This document shows positions 12,830 to 26,390 of a stretch of DNA of 64,000 nucleotides, piece by piece. Made by a program: the position numbers and the translations under genes. The notes under the pieces were generated by a model. That model was not told the origin of the DNA, did no database searches, and was given only the letters and a program-made list of their open reading frames with translations. Source of the DNA: Podarcis pityusensis (Eukaryota). The stretch lies in assembly GCA_964106645.2 (NCBI GenBank), contig OZ067038.1. One strand, given 5' to 3'. Positions within the stretch are counted from its first letter, which is position 1. Every line of letters starts with the position of its first letter.

Positions 12830-14874
12830 TAGTGTAGGGCACTGGGAAGAAGACTTTTCCACCAATTACTGCTGATACTTTGCTTCAAAGCCATTCTATG
12901 AATATGCTAAATCAGGCAACGTGGTAGCACATATGAATCACGTATTTCTGTAGCTCACCTTTCTTAAGGCTGCTTCACACATTGTTTCCTCGTCTAAAGA
13001 GGCTTCTCTTAAAAAAAGGTTACCTCTATGTGCACGATGAACACATGGGGGTAAGTGTGCTTCACCTTCAGAGAACTGTGGCGTGCTCCCTGACGTACAT
13101 ACACACAGCAGCAAGCGTTCATTTGCCACTGCATCATGTGTCATATGGCCCGTATGTGCATATGTGTGTTCTTCCTCTTTGCATATAATATATTGCTTTC
13201 CTTAGAAGTGTGCCACAATATGCTCTTTTTGGTTTTGACTTGTATTGAAGATATTTCAAAATATTGTAGGAATAGAAACAAGTAAAAATGAACATTCCAA
13301 CCGGAGTTTTTAAAGCCGTTAAGATCAGCCAGGCTATTTTTCACGCTTGTTTAAAGCCGCAGCCAGGGAAACCTGGGCAATGGGGATGGCCCTTCTAGGC
13401 TTGGTGCCGCATATTATCTTCGTAGTGCAACAAGTGGCAAGTCTACGTTACTTTTACATTAGCAGCAGCCAAGTTAATTTGGCAGGGAAGAATAATGTGG
13501 AAAACAGTACATTGAAAGGATACAACTCTTTCCTATCACTCAAATAGGATCAGGCTTGGTTGGTAATAAGTCATATGGAAATTGCTGGGGTTTAATTTTA
13601 GGTAAACCTGTTTTGGGATTGACATCCAGTTTTGCTCTGGAACTGAATAGCAGATAAACAGATGAGTGGACAGAGGAGCATGTGTGAAGAAGTGCTAAAC
13701 ATGTCTTTTTTCTGGAGTGGACAGTTATTCCTCAAATAGCTCCCTTAGACTTATAAACCAGACAGGTGCATTTGTTAAATCATCTTCTGATGGATCTGAT
13801 TGGTACAAAGCAAAGTTTATTTACACCTCTCACCTTTTGATGTACATTCTGAAAGATCATGGGACAGTGGCATTTCTTGATTCAGTTCGAAAGTACCAGT
13901 ATAACAGCTCTCACAAATACTTATCTTCAGTTACTCTTATGCCAAGGACAGGCATAATGTAAAAAGATGCCATCATGAGCAGGTGGCAGTGGCCTGATTT
14001 CTTCCTGCTTTTGCAGTTCCTTTGACAGATGCAACAAGTTGAATGGTGGCTCAGCTGCAAGTCTTGACCTTAGGTGCTTCCTGCCCTGGGCCAGGAGGTG
14101 GGCAGCTTTTGTGTTTTTAAGTACCATGTGCCCTCATGTTATCACAAGGAAACAGCCTATCAGCATGGTTTTATAGCTGACTGAATCTGCAGGTGCTGCC
14201 CAGTCAATATGGGAGAAGTGGGGAGCTTTCCAAACGGGACTCACTGCTCTAAAAACATCCCATCTGCCTTACTTTTCGGTTAAGAGTTTTAGTTGATTTT
14301 GCATATCTAGTATGCAAATATGATAATTTAATCCTTTAGCCTGTTGTTCAGCCATTCATAAAAAAATGCCACTATAAAATTTTACAATTAGTTAGCAAAA
14401 TACAACCAAATATGGTCATGGTCAGAGCAATAATGCCATATTCAAAATAGGATGCTGTACTTACTATAGGTGACTTCAGTGTTCCAAATTCTGTTTCTGG
14501 GCAAGGGAGTGTTGAGTATACATTTAGTTGTTCAGGCCAGATCTTTTGCACTGTATTTTAGTACCTGTTCCAGTGATCAGTGATTTATTCTTAAACATTT
14601 AGATGACTGTTCCATGCATCTTTCTCTGATACCACTATATTTGCACAAGTCCTGTCTTCATATTTGCCTTTATTTTATTTGCCACTTTCTATTTTTGACA
14701 GCTTAAATGATCATAGGAAACATGTAAAGAAGGACTTCACTTGTTAATAGATTTTAGGAGTAGTGCAGGGTACTAGTGGAGGGAAAGTCAGTAATTTTTA
14801 AGACACAATTATTATATTAATTAAAAATATAAACAATATATTATTAATATTGGCATCATTGCATTGTAACTACC

Positions 14875-15202
14875 CAGATTTAAGCTTGATGAGGCCCTAA
14901 GCTACTGAAGGTTATGGGGCCCTTTATATGTCCAGCTGTCCTTTGTCAAGAACAAATTGTCACTTTTTTTGTGTTGAATATTTTAGGGAGCAGGCTAGCA
15001 GGCGGGGCCCATTACTTACATCATAGGAGCCTACACAACGCAAAACACTGTTGCTGTATGTAGATTTTATTTTATTTGTTTTTTATCTTATATTTTGGTA
15101 AGGTACATCCAGTTCCCCCCCCCTTTAAATTTTTTTGAGGCCCCCCAAGAGAATGGGGCCCTAAGCTATAGCTTGTTTAGCTTATACATAAATCTGGCAC
15201 TG
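14875..15202. mobile_element. hAT-type MITE
   Basis: Imperfect 8-bp TSD TAACTACC/GAACTACC; right end taaatctggcactg, left end partly eroded; internal repeated ggccctaagcta. Confidence 0.7.
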
Positions 15203-15465
15203 GAACTACCTATGACCTTACTGTGGTTATAACAGAACAACTTGGCAAGAATTCTTGCATTTAGGTTCAGAATTTGGTGCAAGAGCTATTGAGAAAGACA
15301 AAGTAACAAGGAAAACATTGCTACGTTGATGAAAAGAGTGGGTTCTAGGACAAAAATTAAGCCAATACATATAATATCAAAACAATAATATTTAATAAAG
15401 ATTCTCAAATGACTTTTTTTTAACTTGATAGTTCAATTTTTATTTTATTTTTTGTTTTAAAGATC

Positions 15466-15466
<1 letters not shown>

Positions 15467-15518
<52 letters not shown>
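15467..15518. repeat. (TTTC)n microsatellite
   Basis: Direct read. Confidence 0.95.
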
Positions 15519-18500
15519 TTTGCAGATTTGCCCTCATTCTTCTCAGTAACAGTTTATTCATCTTTGCATTACAAATTTCTTGGAGTAGATTTAGGCTTGC
15601 TGTTGTTTTGCATTGCAAGCAGGAACTGATTAAAATCTCCCTCGGGAAAAAAACCCCTTGTAAGTATGGACTGTGTGGCTGCTGAATAGAACATCTTTTC
15701 CGTTCACTCTCATGGTTGCTGCTGCTATTCATGCTCCGTTTTGCAGCCATTAGATAGCATGGGGAACTGACTATCTTATGAGACAAATATAACTCCATTA
15801 GTCAGCTTGCGTGGGTTGCTGATACAGAATGCAGTCAGTAATTTCTCCTGGTGGATTTTTTCAAGTCTGTTGCATCCTGTTAAAGTGTGTCGAAATGTAC
15901 ATATCCAGAATTTGACACCCCCCTCCCCGTTTCCTACATCAGATAGCTGTCTTCTTCTAATGTAATTGTATTAAGATACATTGAGACTAAATCTGTATGA
16001 CATGTAATCCCCATGAGAAAAACACCTTCTGAGATGTGAGTGCTTGCTGTGGCAAGCTGAGATCCCGTTAGTGGAACATTCTGTTGTGAAACGTTTGTTA
16101 CAGGACCGATCATCGGGGATCCCTTTTGGGACCAAGTATAAATATTTGCGTAAATATATATTACTAGGCATATTATACCAGAATCACCTGTTTTGCAAGC
16201 CCTCTTAATAAAACAGTAATTTGTAGAGTTATTGAAAGGATAAGAAGGGTAATGATAATGTACTCTGTCAGCTTAGTGGCAGAATTGGGTTTTAAAGCTA
16301 GATGACCCACTTGCATTCCATACGACATTGCGACACACAGACATATTGTTCCCTTTTTATATTGATGGGAGTTGGAGCTCTTGTGCAATTCAATGCAGCT
16401 CACACAGAAACCCTTCCCAGCAGACAGTGTCCTTTACTTTCGGAAATGCATGTCCAGAATACTTTGAAATCTTATTAGCTTGCATGGATACCCTCTGCCA
16501 GTACTTGGGAAATGTAATATGTGGGCCAAATGTTCAAGTTAGTATTTTTAAAATCTCTCCACTTATGAGAAGCAGTTCATCTTCCTAAGACCTTCAGAAC
16601 ATGGGTGGGTGTGGTGTTTAAGGCTGGCTATGTATATAAATGTGGAAAAGGTGCGATTTGATACTCAAGTACCAGGAGTTCAGCCCAATGTAATTTAAAC
16701 TAGGCACAAGCATTCAACCAAAACCTCCTTTTATTAGTGTTAAAGTGCAGTGTTTCAGTAATACAGAATAGATTTAGAAATGTTATGTAACAATATTGTG
16801 CAGCCAGTTAACTATTAGACAAGTAGGTTTTCCTCCTAGTTGCTAAGCAAAGAGGAGAGGAGTTGTCAACGTTAAGAAATCATCTTAGGGGCATTGCTGG
16901 GACTGCGATACAGTCCTCTGTTTCTACACCCAGGAGCAGACCTATTGGCCACAAGGTTTTAAAACTCTGATAGCTTTTCAGATAGTGAGGTGCAGACAAG
17001 TGCTATGTTTGTCATTGGAACTGTCTCTTGCTGGCCTGTGTTTGTGGAGCAGCAGTGTTTTTTGGACTATGCCAGGGCTGGTTAACCTTTGTTGGCCTGA
17101 GCCTTCCATGGACACATGCCAATAAGGGGGGCAGCCACCCTACACTCTTGCTAGCACAGGCAAACTGCTTCTTCCTCAACTGATTGGTGTGTATGAGCTG
17201 AGGAGGGAGTTATCACCCTTTATCTTATCAGATGAGCTAGCAGATGACTAGAGATGGACAATTTGCATCCCTATCAGGGCACTAGGCAGCGCAGAGCATT
17301 TGCCACAGCATGATGATTTCCTCCCCCTTCTTTTTGTTGTGGGAGGGATCCTTGTGAGGGGAACAAAAAATTGTTGGGGAGTGAAGCCCCTATGCCAAGG
17401 GTAAACCCCCTATGAACTGTACACCTGTGATGGTGGGGTTGTTGTTGTTGTTTGTGGATTGAATCAGAAGAAGTTTCCTATGAAAACTAGGGTGATTTGT
17501 GTCAGAAAGAAACTCAGCACCTGAACATTTTATAAGAGCAAACTAATTTGGCCTGTTTAATATACTTTTATTTAGTAAACGGAGCTAAGAACATTGAAAC
17601 GGCCCAGGAATACCCCGCCTCCCCCCCCCCCAAATTGCAACTAGAATCCATCCATTGTTACTAATAAACATATGAAATAGAAAATTTTCCACCGCACACC
17701 ACTGCTTTACACTTAAAAATCTGCCTTGCTGTTAAGTATCAGAAATAATAGTTTGAATCCAAACAAGTACTGCAGGACTCTGCTTGTGCCATGGGGCCTC
17801 CTCACCTACTTCTCTCTGCCGCCTTCTGTGCCCTCTGGAAAGCTCCTAATATTTGTGCAACCCTCCAAAATGGTGTGGAATGTGACACTGGGGGGGGCGG
17901 GGCTGCAGCATGGGGTGTGTGTGAATCAATTTAAACCACGGAGGCCACTTTGCATAAGCACAAGCCCACATTTTCTATGACTACTGGTAATCTTTTTTAC
18001 ACCCATTCTTTCTTTTTGTTCAGTTGTTCTGCCAAATTGAAATTTCTCAGTACAGATGCATGAAAAACACCCTTATTTTATTCTTCAAAAAAAGCCTACA
18101 TGTTGCTTTACTTTCCTATATTCTCAGAGCCTGGTTCATTTTTGCATTATCTTCAGTGGTATATTTTGGGTGACAAGAGCCTGGTAAATAGTTTATTTTA
18201 TCTGACCAGCACTACCATTCTACCCATGGCAGTTGAATCCCAGGTCAGGCTAACCATTTTGCAATGCCCAAGGTACAAAGACTACTTTGAGATACTGTTA
18301 GCAGATCTGCTAGAGTGTCTGTCCACATGTATCATGAAAACATGCCTTGCACACTTAAAGGTTAATTTAGAGGAGTTAGCAATATTATTCTTGGGATCTT
18401 TAGACAATGGTTGTGCACACAGGCAAAATTGCATTCACTTTTATAATCTTGCTTATTTTGGGAGATTTAGCACAAACAAATGTTAGTGTGTTTTTTCCAG

Positions 18501-19039
18501 AGGAATAGCATTGCTGCTATTGTAGTTTTTATAAATTAATGAAGGTTTAAAGGTGACAACATGCCAGTATAACATGAGTTAGAAGCGACAAAAGCAGCTT
18601 CGCAGCTTGGAGCATCGTCTGAATAGATCTATATATCAATATCTATCTATATACAAAAACTCTTTTGATGTTTAATTGTTTTTTAATGATTGCTTTTCTC
18701 TCTTATGTTTTTAGCTGTTTCTATGTTAGCTGTAAGTCACCTTGAGTCCCTGTGAAGGAAAAAGGCAGGCTATAAATAAATATTAAAATTACAGAAATAC
18801 CACTACAGAATACAAAGGGTTAAGAACATTGTACAGAGGAGAGTCATTCACCTATTGCCTGGACTGTGTACTTAGTTATTAAGACAGAGGGGAGAGACTA
18901 GAGGCAGAGTCACTTAATCAGGAATTATGAGGCAGAGTCTTGGAGAGCCAGCTTTGGTGCAGGAAACACAGAAGAACCAGGACTCGAGAAAGGTGGTATG
19001 TAAAGTAGTAGTTTCTCCTTCTCACATGACCATCTATCA

Positions 19040-19132
19040 TGGATGCTTTTTAGTTGAGATTCCTGCATTGCGGGACGTTGACTGGATGATCCTCATGGTC
19101 CCTTCCAACTCTACAGTTCTATGATTCTGTGA
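19040..19132 (+). mobile_element. CR1 LINE 3' tail
   Basis: ttcctgcattg...gactggatgatcctcatggtcccttccaactctacagttctatgattctgtga, ending in the CR1 ATTCTRTG terminal repeat. Confidence 0.8.
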
Positions 19133-21929
19133 CCCAGAGGTAGATGAGATTGAGGGAAAACAGGAGAGAGAAGTAAGAATGTTGGGGCACTATTTGTGGT
19201 AGATATGGTAGTAGGTTCCAGAGTTTATGGGACATGATATAACCTCCTTGTGACTGCCATGTGCCTACTGCTTATGCCAGCTTAAACCATGAGGGCTTTC
19301 CCTGGTGACCACAGTGATGCTCTCGTTGCTCGGAGCAAAGCCAATTTATACGCATACTCTTGGACGGGGGATGTACAGAGTTCCAGCTGAACTGAGCTCC
19401 TTGGTAACAGGAGTTGCTAGGCAACAGCAGGATAAATTCTGCAAGTTGTCAATATCTCAGGCACTTGTTACTTGGGTAGAAGGGCCCAGAGGTCCAGTTC
19501 AGACCAGCCTTGGTTAGATTATTGCACCCTTATTCAACAAAAGAATTCCTAATGGGACTAAACCCAATGAGTAGGAAAATTCTCTCCCCTCCCCAATTGC
19601 ATTTGTATACATCTATGTTTTTGTGTTCATACCTGTTATGAATTCTATGCAGAAAAACACTTTGGAAACATTAGAGTCACTTAAGTTCAGTAGCCACGTG
19701 ACCACTGCAGCACCACTCTTCCCAGTATGACAGGGTGATTTGAGAAGCCCCAGAGCACATGGGAAGAACGCTTCCCAAAGCAGTTGGTTTTGGGAAGAAC
19801 CACAGTTTGGGCTTCTGTGTAAACTTGAAGTTAGGTGATATGACCTTATGCCACCACAGATATGACCTTATAGCCACCACAGTCTTTCAGCAGCTCTCAG
19901 TTAAGGAATAACATGAATATGTTCTCAATCTTCAAGTAAAATGGATACTTTCTCCAGTGTAAGTAAGAAGACATTCATCTCAGGGAAGTGTTCACACTGA
20001 GGCTGGGAAGGCAGGGCTAAGACACCTTTCCTGATAAGTGTATGTGAACTTGTGGTCTGTTTTCTGTTATTCACGTGGGTAGCTTTCTGATCTGCAGAGA
20101 CTCCACTGCACAAGGTTGTTTCCTGCTGTCTACCATGGGATATTTACTGGATGTAGCTTTATGGCCTGCTAGAAGTCTGTTTGTATAGTGTTAGAAAGCA
20201 GAAAGTAATTTGGATGGCAGTAAAGTTTCATAGCTGTAAAAATCCCAACTGTAAGCAAAGTTTATGTAGCAGTTTCTCCCTGGTGCCGCGGTGTATGCCT
20301 TCGTCTCCCCCTCATCCAGTGTTCGCTGTTGTGTATAATGAGTTGTGGTAGCAGAAATGGGAACACAGACATCTACATTTCCTTCTTTTCAAAGTGCGCT
20401 GGTAGGGGAGCTTTCCTTTCCTCTCTTGGAATGAAGGAACACACCAGATGGACCATTGAAGTTTTTATGTACTACGGCGAAGCGCTCTCTAGAATGAAGG
20501 CAAGCTCTCAACCCCCTACTATAGTTTTAAGAAAGGCTGAGACATGACTAAGTGGAATGGAAATGGGGAGAGCATGTGGTGTTGTGTATATTTGGGTGGG
20601 GTGGGGGGGGTTAATTTGTGAATTTTCTATCTCAAGTTTTCCAGAAAACTAGCAGTCCATTGTATGTGTATCTTAACTCCTTTATTGTTTTGCACACATT
20701 TATAATTCAGGATGATTACAGACTATCGGTAATTAGGAGGTTTGTTTTCCAGCTGAAAATGAATTTTACTTTCATAAAGAACAATGCCAGGGTAGAAGTT
20801 GAAAGTGCTCATTCAGCATTGTGGTCACCATTGTGGTTCCTTGCAAAAATCAGACGCTTACTTCAGTTTGTGCAGAGTGGGGTGTGTGCATCTCTACACA
20901 ATTTGCTCCTACACCACTTTTAAGTTTTAAAGAATATAATGTGCTGTAAATATTGTGCTTGATGTGTGTGTTTTTATGTGTGTATGCCTTCAAATGTACC
21001 TGTGGTATATTTGGAAGGCCCTATTTGGAAAGGAAAACAAGGCCCTTAAAACCTAAATTGGTCAGTTCCTTGTCATTTTAAGGCTGAAGCGACGGAGGAA
21101 AGAGATGTTTATTTCCTTAAAATGTTTATCTCCTGTTTTTTGAAGTGAAAAGAATGAAAAGGCAGCTTACAAATCTGAAACCCAAGTATGATTTTAAAAC
21201 AATAGTCAAAACAAAAGAGAACACAACAGCAAAGAGCAGAACAGAGGCAAATGTTAATTAACTCATTGATTAGCAGTTTTTAAAAAAACAAACAGCCAAG
21301 CAAAAGAATCCCTTCATACTTGCGAGGCCCCAGAGGCACTCTGGAAAAGCACAAACTTTGCATGGTGTCTCTTTATTGGAATTCAATAATGTTTTGTTAT
21401 ATATAAATAAGGGGATTACTTAAATTGCCATAATGAAAAACATACTATTTGTTATTAATCTGCTAAGTTCCTACATCTTTGTCAAGCATCCTGTTAGTTT
21501 CTCTGTAAACAGTAATATTTCACATATTTACTCCATTCTTTCCAGAAATCAAGAATGTTTACTCTTGTTTTGCATGACATACAAGTAATATACAAGTTTA
21601 ATTTTAGCAAGCAAAATCTCAAATGTCAGTGCATCTTTTTGAAAGTTTTGCTATGAATATTTTTGATAATTACTGTGGTGTCACTTACAGAATATAACTA
21701 CCAAATGATTATAACTACCAAATGAGACCCTTCATATCTCTTATTAATAATTGTGTCCATAGGAATATTAGCATGTATAATTGGGTTGATAAACACCTGA
21801 ATCATTTGTCAAGAAACTCTGATTTTGAGACACATCCACAATTAATTATTTTGAGGGGGGTGGGGTGTGCTATTAATATAGCCCCATCTGTAGCATGTAC
21901 CACCAGACATTAGAAATGTCAGTTTTAAC

Positions 21930-21984
21930 CAGTGCTTTTTTCCCTGAGGGTACTCAAAGGTTTTTCCCTAGAAAAAAAGCATTG
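21930..21984. mobile_element. Internally deleted MITE (CAGTGCTTTTTT termini)
   Basis: CAGTGCTTTTTT...AAAAAAAGCATTG; same termini as 25437-25585. Confidence 0.6.
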
Positions 21985-22209
21985 GTTAAAAATGTGGCAC
22001 TTACTGTAACAACTTCACAGTGAGTTTTCACCTGGTTTTGACCTTGATATTATTCACTGGGAAGTTATATAACTTTTTTAAGTTTTAAAATGTGTTAAAT
22101 GTTTTTAAAGTGGTTTTTTTAATAAAATAAAAACTTAAATATATTGTTTCGCTGTTTCAGTTGCTTTTCTGAGCTCCTTTGAGAGGAAGGTTGGGATAGA
22201 AATTTAACA

Positions 22210-22780
22210 ACAACTTATAGGGTGCACTGCTAAGGAATCAATTTGCCTAGTGTCTGAAAACCAGGAAAGATGGGCAGAGTGAACATCTTGAAAGCAGGGC
22301 CGGGGGGAGTTCCATAGTGTGTCACAGCTCAAAAGTTCCCGCTTTGGGCTACTTTCCACCATGTTCCAGATGACAGAGGGGCGAGGTGCAGGGCTTCTGA
22401 GAAAGATCTCAAATTACACGTAGGTTCCTTTTGAAAGGGGTGGTTCTTAAGTTATTCAGACCCAGGACTTTCAAGTTCAAACTAGCACTTTGAATCTGGC
22501 ATGAAAGCCAATGAACCTTTTAAAATACTTTCATTATATGTTCCCTCTAGCTCGCTGGGTCTTCTTGCTCCTATGTTCTGAATCAGTTGCAGTTTCTGAT
22601 AACTCTTCAAAGGCAGTCCCAGGTAGAGTGCACTGCAGTAATTTAGTTTCTATGTGACTTAAGGAATGAATTACCAAGACTTAAGCCATTCTTATCTAGA
22701 GAGGTTGCAGCTGGCATATCAGTCTATACTATAGGAAAGTGCACTTGGGTTTATACACTGAAAAGCAATAAAACTTCCCA
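22210..22780 (-). mobile_element. L2-like LINE remnant (degenerate)
   Basis: Reverse-complement L2-like motifs such as ctcttcaaaggcagtcccaggtagagtgcactgcagtaat. Boundaries approximate. Confidence 0.5.
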
Positions 22781-23208
22781 TTAAAAAAGATAAAAAAGAG
22801 AAAGTGGTCTTGGACACTGCAGTTTTGTGGGCATTTAGGAGCAGTTTGATCCAAGAGAATATCCAAGCTGCAAATGTGGGTCTTTAGGATGCATACAGCC
22901 AGTGTTAGAAACTCAGATATATAAGCTAATTGCCAAATGGCACCGTAATGTTACAACAGAATGACTAGGTACCTTTTTTTGCAATGAAATAATTTGTTGT
23001 TGTTGTTATACTGCTTTATAATTAAAAGAAAAAAATCTCAAAGTGGTTTACAACACATTAATACATCAAATAAAAGAATCCAGAATACTGTAAAATAAAT
23101 ACAAACTTCAAGGGAAATATTTCAGATCCTTCTCTAAGTGACACTTCGCTTTCGTCATATTTATTTACCTACTTCATTTATATAGCTCCCCATAGCAGAA
23201 GTACTCTA

Positions 23209-23415
23209 GGAAGCCAGTGTGGTGTGGTGGTTAGAGTGTTGGACTAGGACCTGGGAGATCAGGGTTCTAACCCCCATTCAGTCATGGAGCTCACTGGGTG
23301 GGTGACCTTGGGCCAGTCACAGCCTCTTAACCTATCTCACAGGGTCGTTGTAGGGATTAACTGTGGAGGGGGGTGAACCATGTACTCCTTGGAGAAAAAG
23401 ATGGGTATACATGCA
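23209..23415 (+). mobile_element. tRNA-derived SINE (MIR/Squam3-like)
   Basis: A-box tggttagagtgttgg, B-box-like gggttctaacccc, core gggtgaccttgggccagtcac...cctatctcacagggtcgttgt. Confidence 0.8.
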
Positions 23416-25249
23416 GGAAAATTAACTCTTCTGTTTACCTATTTAAGAAAGCTGGAGGGTCTAAATAGATGGATATTTCAGTCACCAACCTGGCATCCAG
23501 AGACCTCCACATAGTTGCAGTTGGACCTGCGCCAGTCCCAAAATGCATATGGCGCCTGGCGAATTTCTAATACTGCATGCAACCCCATCTAAAGCAGGAG
23601 GTACACATACTGCAGAATCACCCATGTTATCAACCAGCAGCTCTGTATTGTTTAGATTAACTTTGAGTTTATTCTCCCTTCTCTAAATCATTAGTGAGAC
23701 CTGAGACAATTCTCTGCATCCCTAGGGTCAAATGGAAAAGAGGGAGAATTGGGTGTGGTCTTATATACTCAAGGCATTGTATCCCACACCTTAGGATTAC
23801 CTCACCTATCAGTTTCATTTAAATAGCATGGGAGACAAAGTAGTTTCTTGTGGCAACCTGCAAGCCCAAGGCTGCTGATGTGAGTGACACGTCTCCCGAC
23901 ACAATTTTCTGAGATCTGTTCCGAAAGAAGTACTTGAACCACTGCAAATTAATGTCCCTACAGTTCCATTATAGCAATGCAACCCAGAAGGACACCATGT
24001 TTGTTCCTCATGAAACCACTGAGAGATCCAGAACCAACTGGAAGGGTTCTCCTCCTCCCCCATCCATCTGATGGAGTAAGATCACCCATCAGGGTTTCTC
24101 CCCGCAAATGGGATCATGTAATTCATTAGAGTGATAGCGTTTACTACCTTTCCTTGATTTAGCTGTGTCCTAAGAGAAGAAAAACCTAAAATATGTTTAC
24201 ATATGAGTAGTTCTATTCATAGAAATGCATGTTTTCTAAACACAGTTGACCAGAGCCCCTGTATTGAATTTAAAAAAAATCAGTTCCTTGTTTGTTCCTG
24301 TGTTACAAGTAGACCATTCCACAGTACCAACTGAAATACTAGATACACTGTAGTGAAAGGGCTTCAGGATGTCTTGTGGTGGTCCGTATATTTATTTATA
24401 CAAGTGAACCTATATTTCCGTTTTCGGGAAGAAAACAAGTTAGGAAATAGCAAAACTAAATGTAGAGAAAACCAGTGTGTGTTAGAGACGAGCCAGAGAC
24501 AACAAACCATCAGCGCTATTAAATAGTGCTGCTTTATGCATTCTGAAATGTATTACACTGGATGGATTATCCAGGCCCAATGTAGGTTTATGCACTTTCC
24601 ATATAAATTGTGACTGCACCTCCATTGTAAAAAATGAACAGCTACTGGTTTAATTGCTCCCTACTTCAGACAGTTGCAGCAAGTGCACATTTTGGAGAAT
24701 GCCATGTAGGTGTGTGATGTTGTATAGAAACATGCAATCAAATATGTACACTCTAATTTCCTTTCATGTCACTGATGGGGGGGGAAATGCTTCAGCATGC
24801 ACCAGCCTGTGAATAAAATGGAAAAATGCAGATGGTAAATTAACTTACTTGAAAATAGTATCTGGTTGAAGTTGTGGCTATAAAACAAGTAGAGACAGTA
24901 TATTTGCTCTTGTGGAAGACACTAGTCTTTGAATTTGCAAAATGTACTATTTCTGTAGTTTCTTCTGTTAGTGGGTCCCCCCCCCCCCTAATTTGGCTGT
25001 TTTTTAAAAAATCTTATTGATTGATATTAACTGCTTTCCAGTGCATTTTAATATATCCAGGCTCAGGTAAGTAAACAATTGGGGTGGGCTGATGGTTTAC
25101 CTTTTCCCATCCTCACAATTTCTTACCATCCCTCCATATTCTTCAGCAAAATAGTTTTCTTCTCTTGTCCAATGAAGTGTGAAGCAGCAGTCTCTTATCA
25201 CTGTGTCAACTTTTAGTGTCCACCACATCCGTATACAAGTAATAACACT

Positions 25250-26390
25250 GTACCACTTTTTGTTGTTTATTTCTAAAATTTATATGCTGCTTAATATAAA
25301 AAGAAACATCTAAGCAGCTTACATAAAGCATAATAAAATCAATATAAAAGCATGTAAAACAGAGCAATCAAAAACTTTTCCAAAGTAGAATAAAACTATA
25401 AATAAAATTGAGTATATAAAAAAGTTGTCTTAAACACAGTGCTTTTTTTCTGGGGGGACACAGGGGTATGCATACCCCTAAATATTTTGTGAATCTTAAG
25501 TTTGGCCTCATTGAGGGGCAGTATTTCAATATGAGTAGGAAAATGAGAGTACCCCTAAACATTTTTTAGAGAAAAAAACACACTGGGTAAACACATATGT
25601 CTTTAAGAGGCACTTAGAAAGCTTATTTCTGTATTGTCACCAAGTGACAATCCACTGGTCACAAAGTGGCCAGCAAGGTTTTCTTGGAAGATCTTAAGGC
25701 CTGGTTTGGTCTGGAGGAAGCAGTCTTCTAGGTACCATGGTCTCAAGTTGTTTGGAGTTTTAAATGTCAACACCAAAACTCGTTAGCTAATAGGCACCTA
25801 GTGCAAGATGTTTCAACACTAGTGCACCTGCAACCCAAAATTGTATGTTTCACTGTGCTCCAAAGCAGCTTCATTTTGTGCTAGCTGCAGCTCCCAAATT
25901 AGGCACAAGGTTAGCCCCACATACAGTGCATTACAGTAATCTAGATTGTGTACAGCACATTACAGTGCTGTCTGCATGGACCACCGTGACAAGGCTGTGC
26001 TTGTCCAGTAACTGTTGTAGCCAAAGTTGATAATAAGTGCTCAAAGCAAGTGAGGTCAGCTGGGCATCTTGTGACAGTGATGGATCTAGGGGCACACCCA
26101 AACTGCATACCTGCTCCTTCAGAGGAGGTGCACAAGTGCAGGTGCACAGCCCAATTCCCACACCTGGGAATGAACCATCCATTGCTAAGATTCATTTGCA
26201 GTTTATTAGCCTTCATCCAACACATAACTGCATCCAGACACTGGTTTAGGATGTGCATGACCTCTAATTCAGATGTTGCGGAGAAACTGAGCTGGATTCC
26301 ATCAGCATACCAGTGTCTCTTTGTTCTAGATCTAATGATGGCCCCCAGTAGCTTCACACAGGTGTTAAATACCTGTGGCATTCCACAGAC
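25250..26390 (-). mobile_element. L2 LINE remnant including degenerate reverse-transcriptase segment
   Basis: Minus ORF 25941-26381 reads FNTCVKLLGAIIR...WYADGIQLSFS...LNQCLDAVMCWMKANKLQMN, matching the L2 RT region YADDTQL...WMxxNKLxLN. Interrupted by the MITE at 25437. Confidence 0.85.
25437..25585. mobile_element. hAT-like MITE nested in L2 remnant
   Basis: Termini CAGTGCTTTTTTTCT / AGAAAAAAACACACTG; imperfect TSD CTTAAACA/GGTAAACA. Confidence 0.75.

Noticed and set aside
13975-13992. CTCF-like motif AGCAGGTGGCAG
   Set aside because: A single imperfect match is expected by chance in 64 kb and is unsupported without chromatin or conservation data.
23209-23290. tRNA-like A/B boxes (also at 6935 and 48656)
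   Set aside because: These are SINE heads, not tRNA genes: no intact cloverleaf, and SINE bodies follow.
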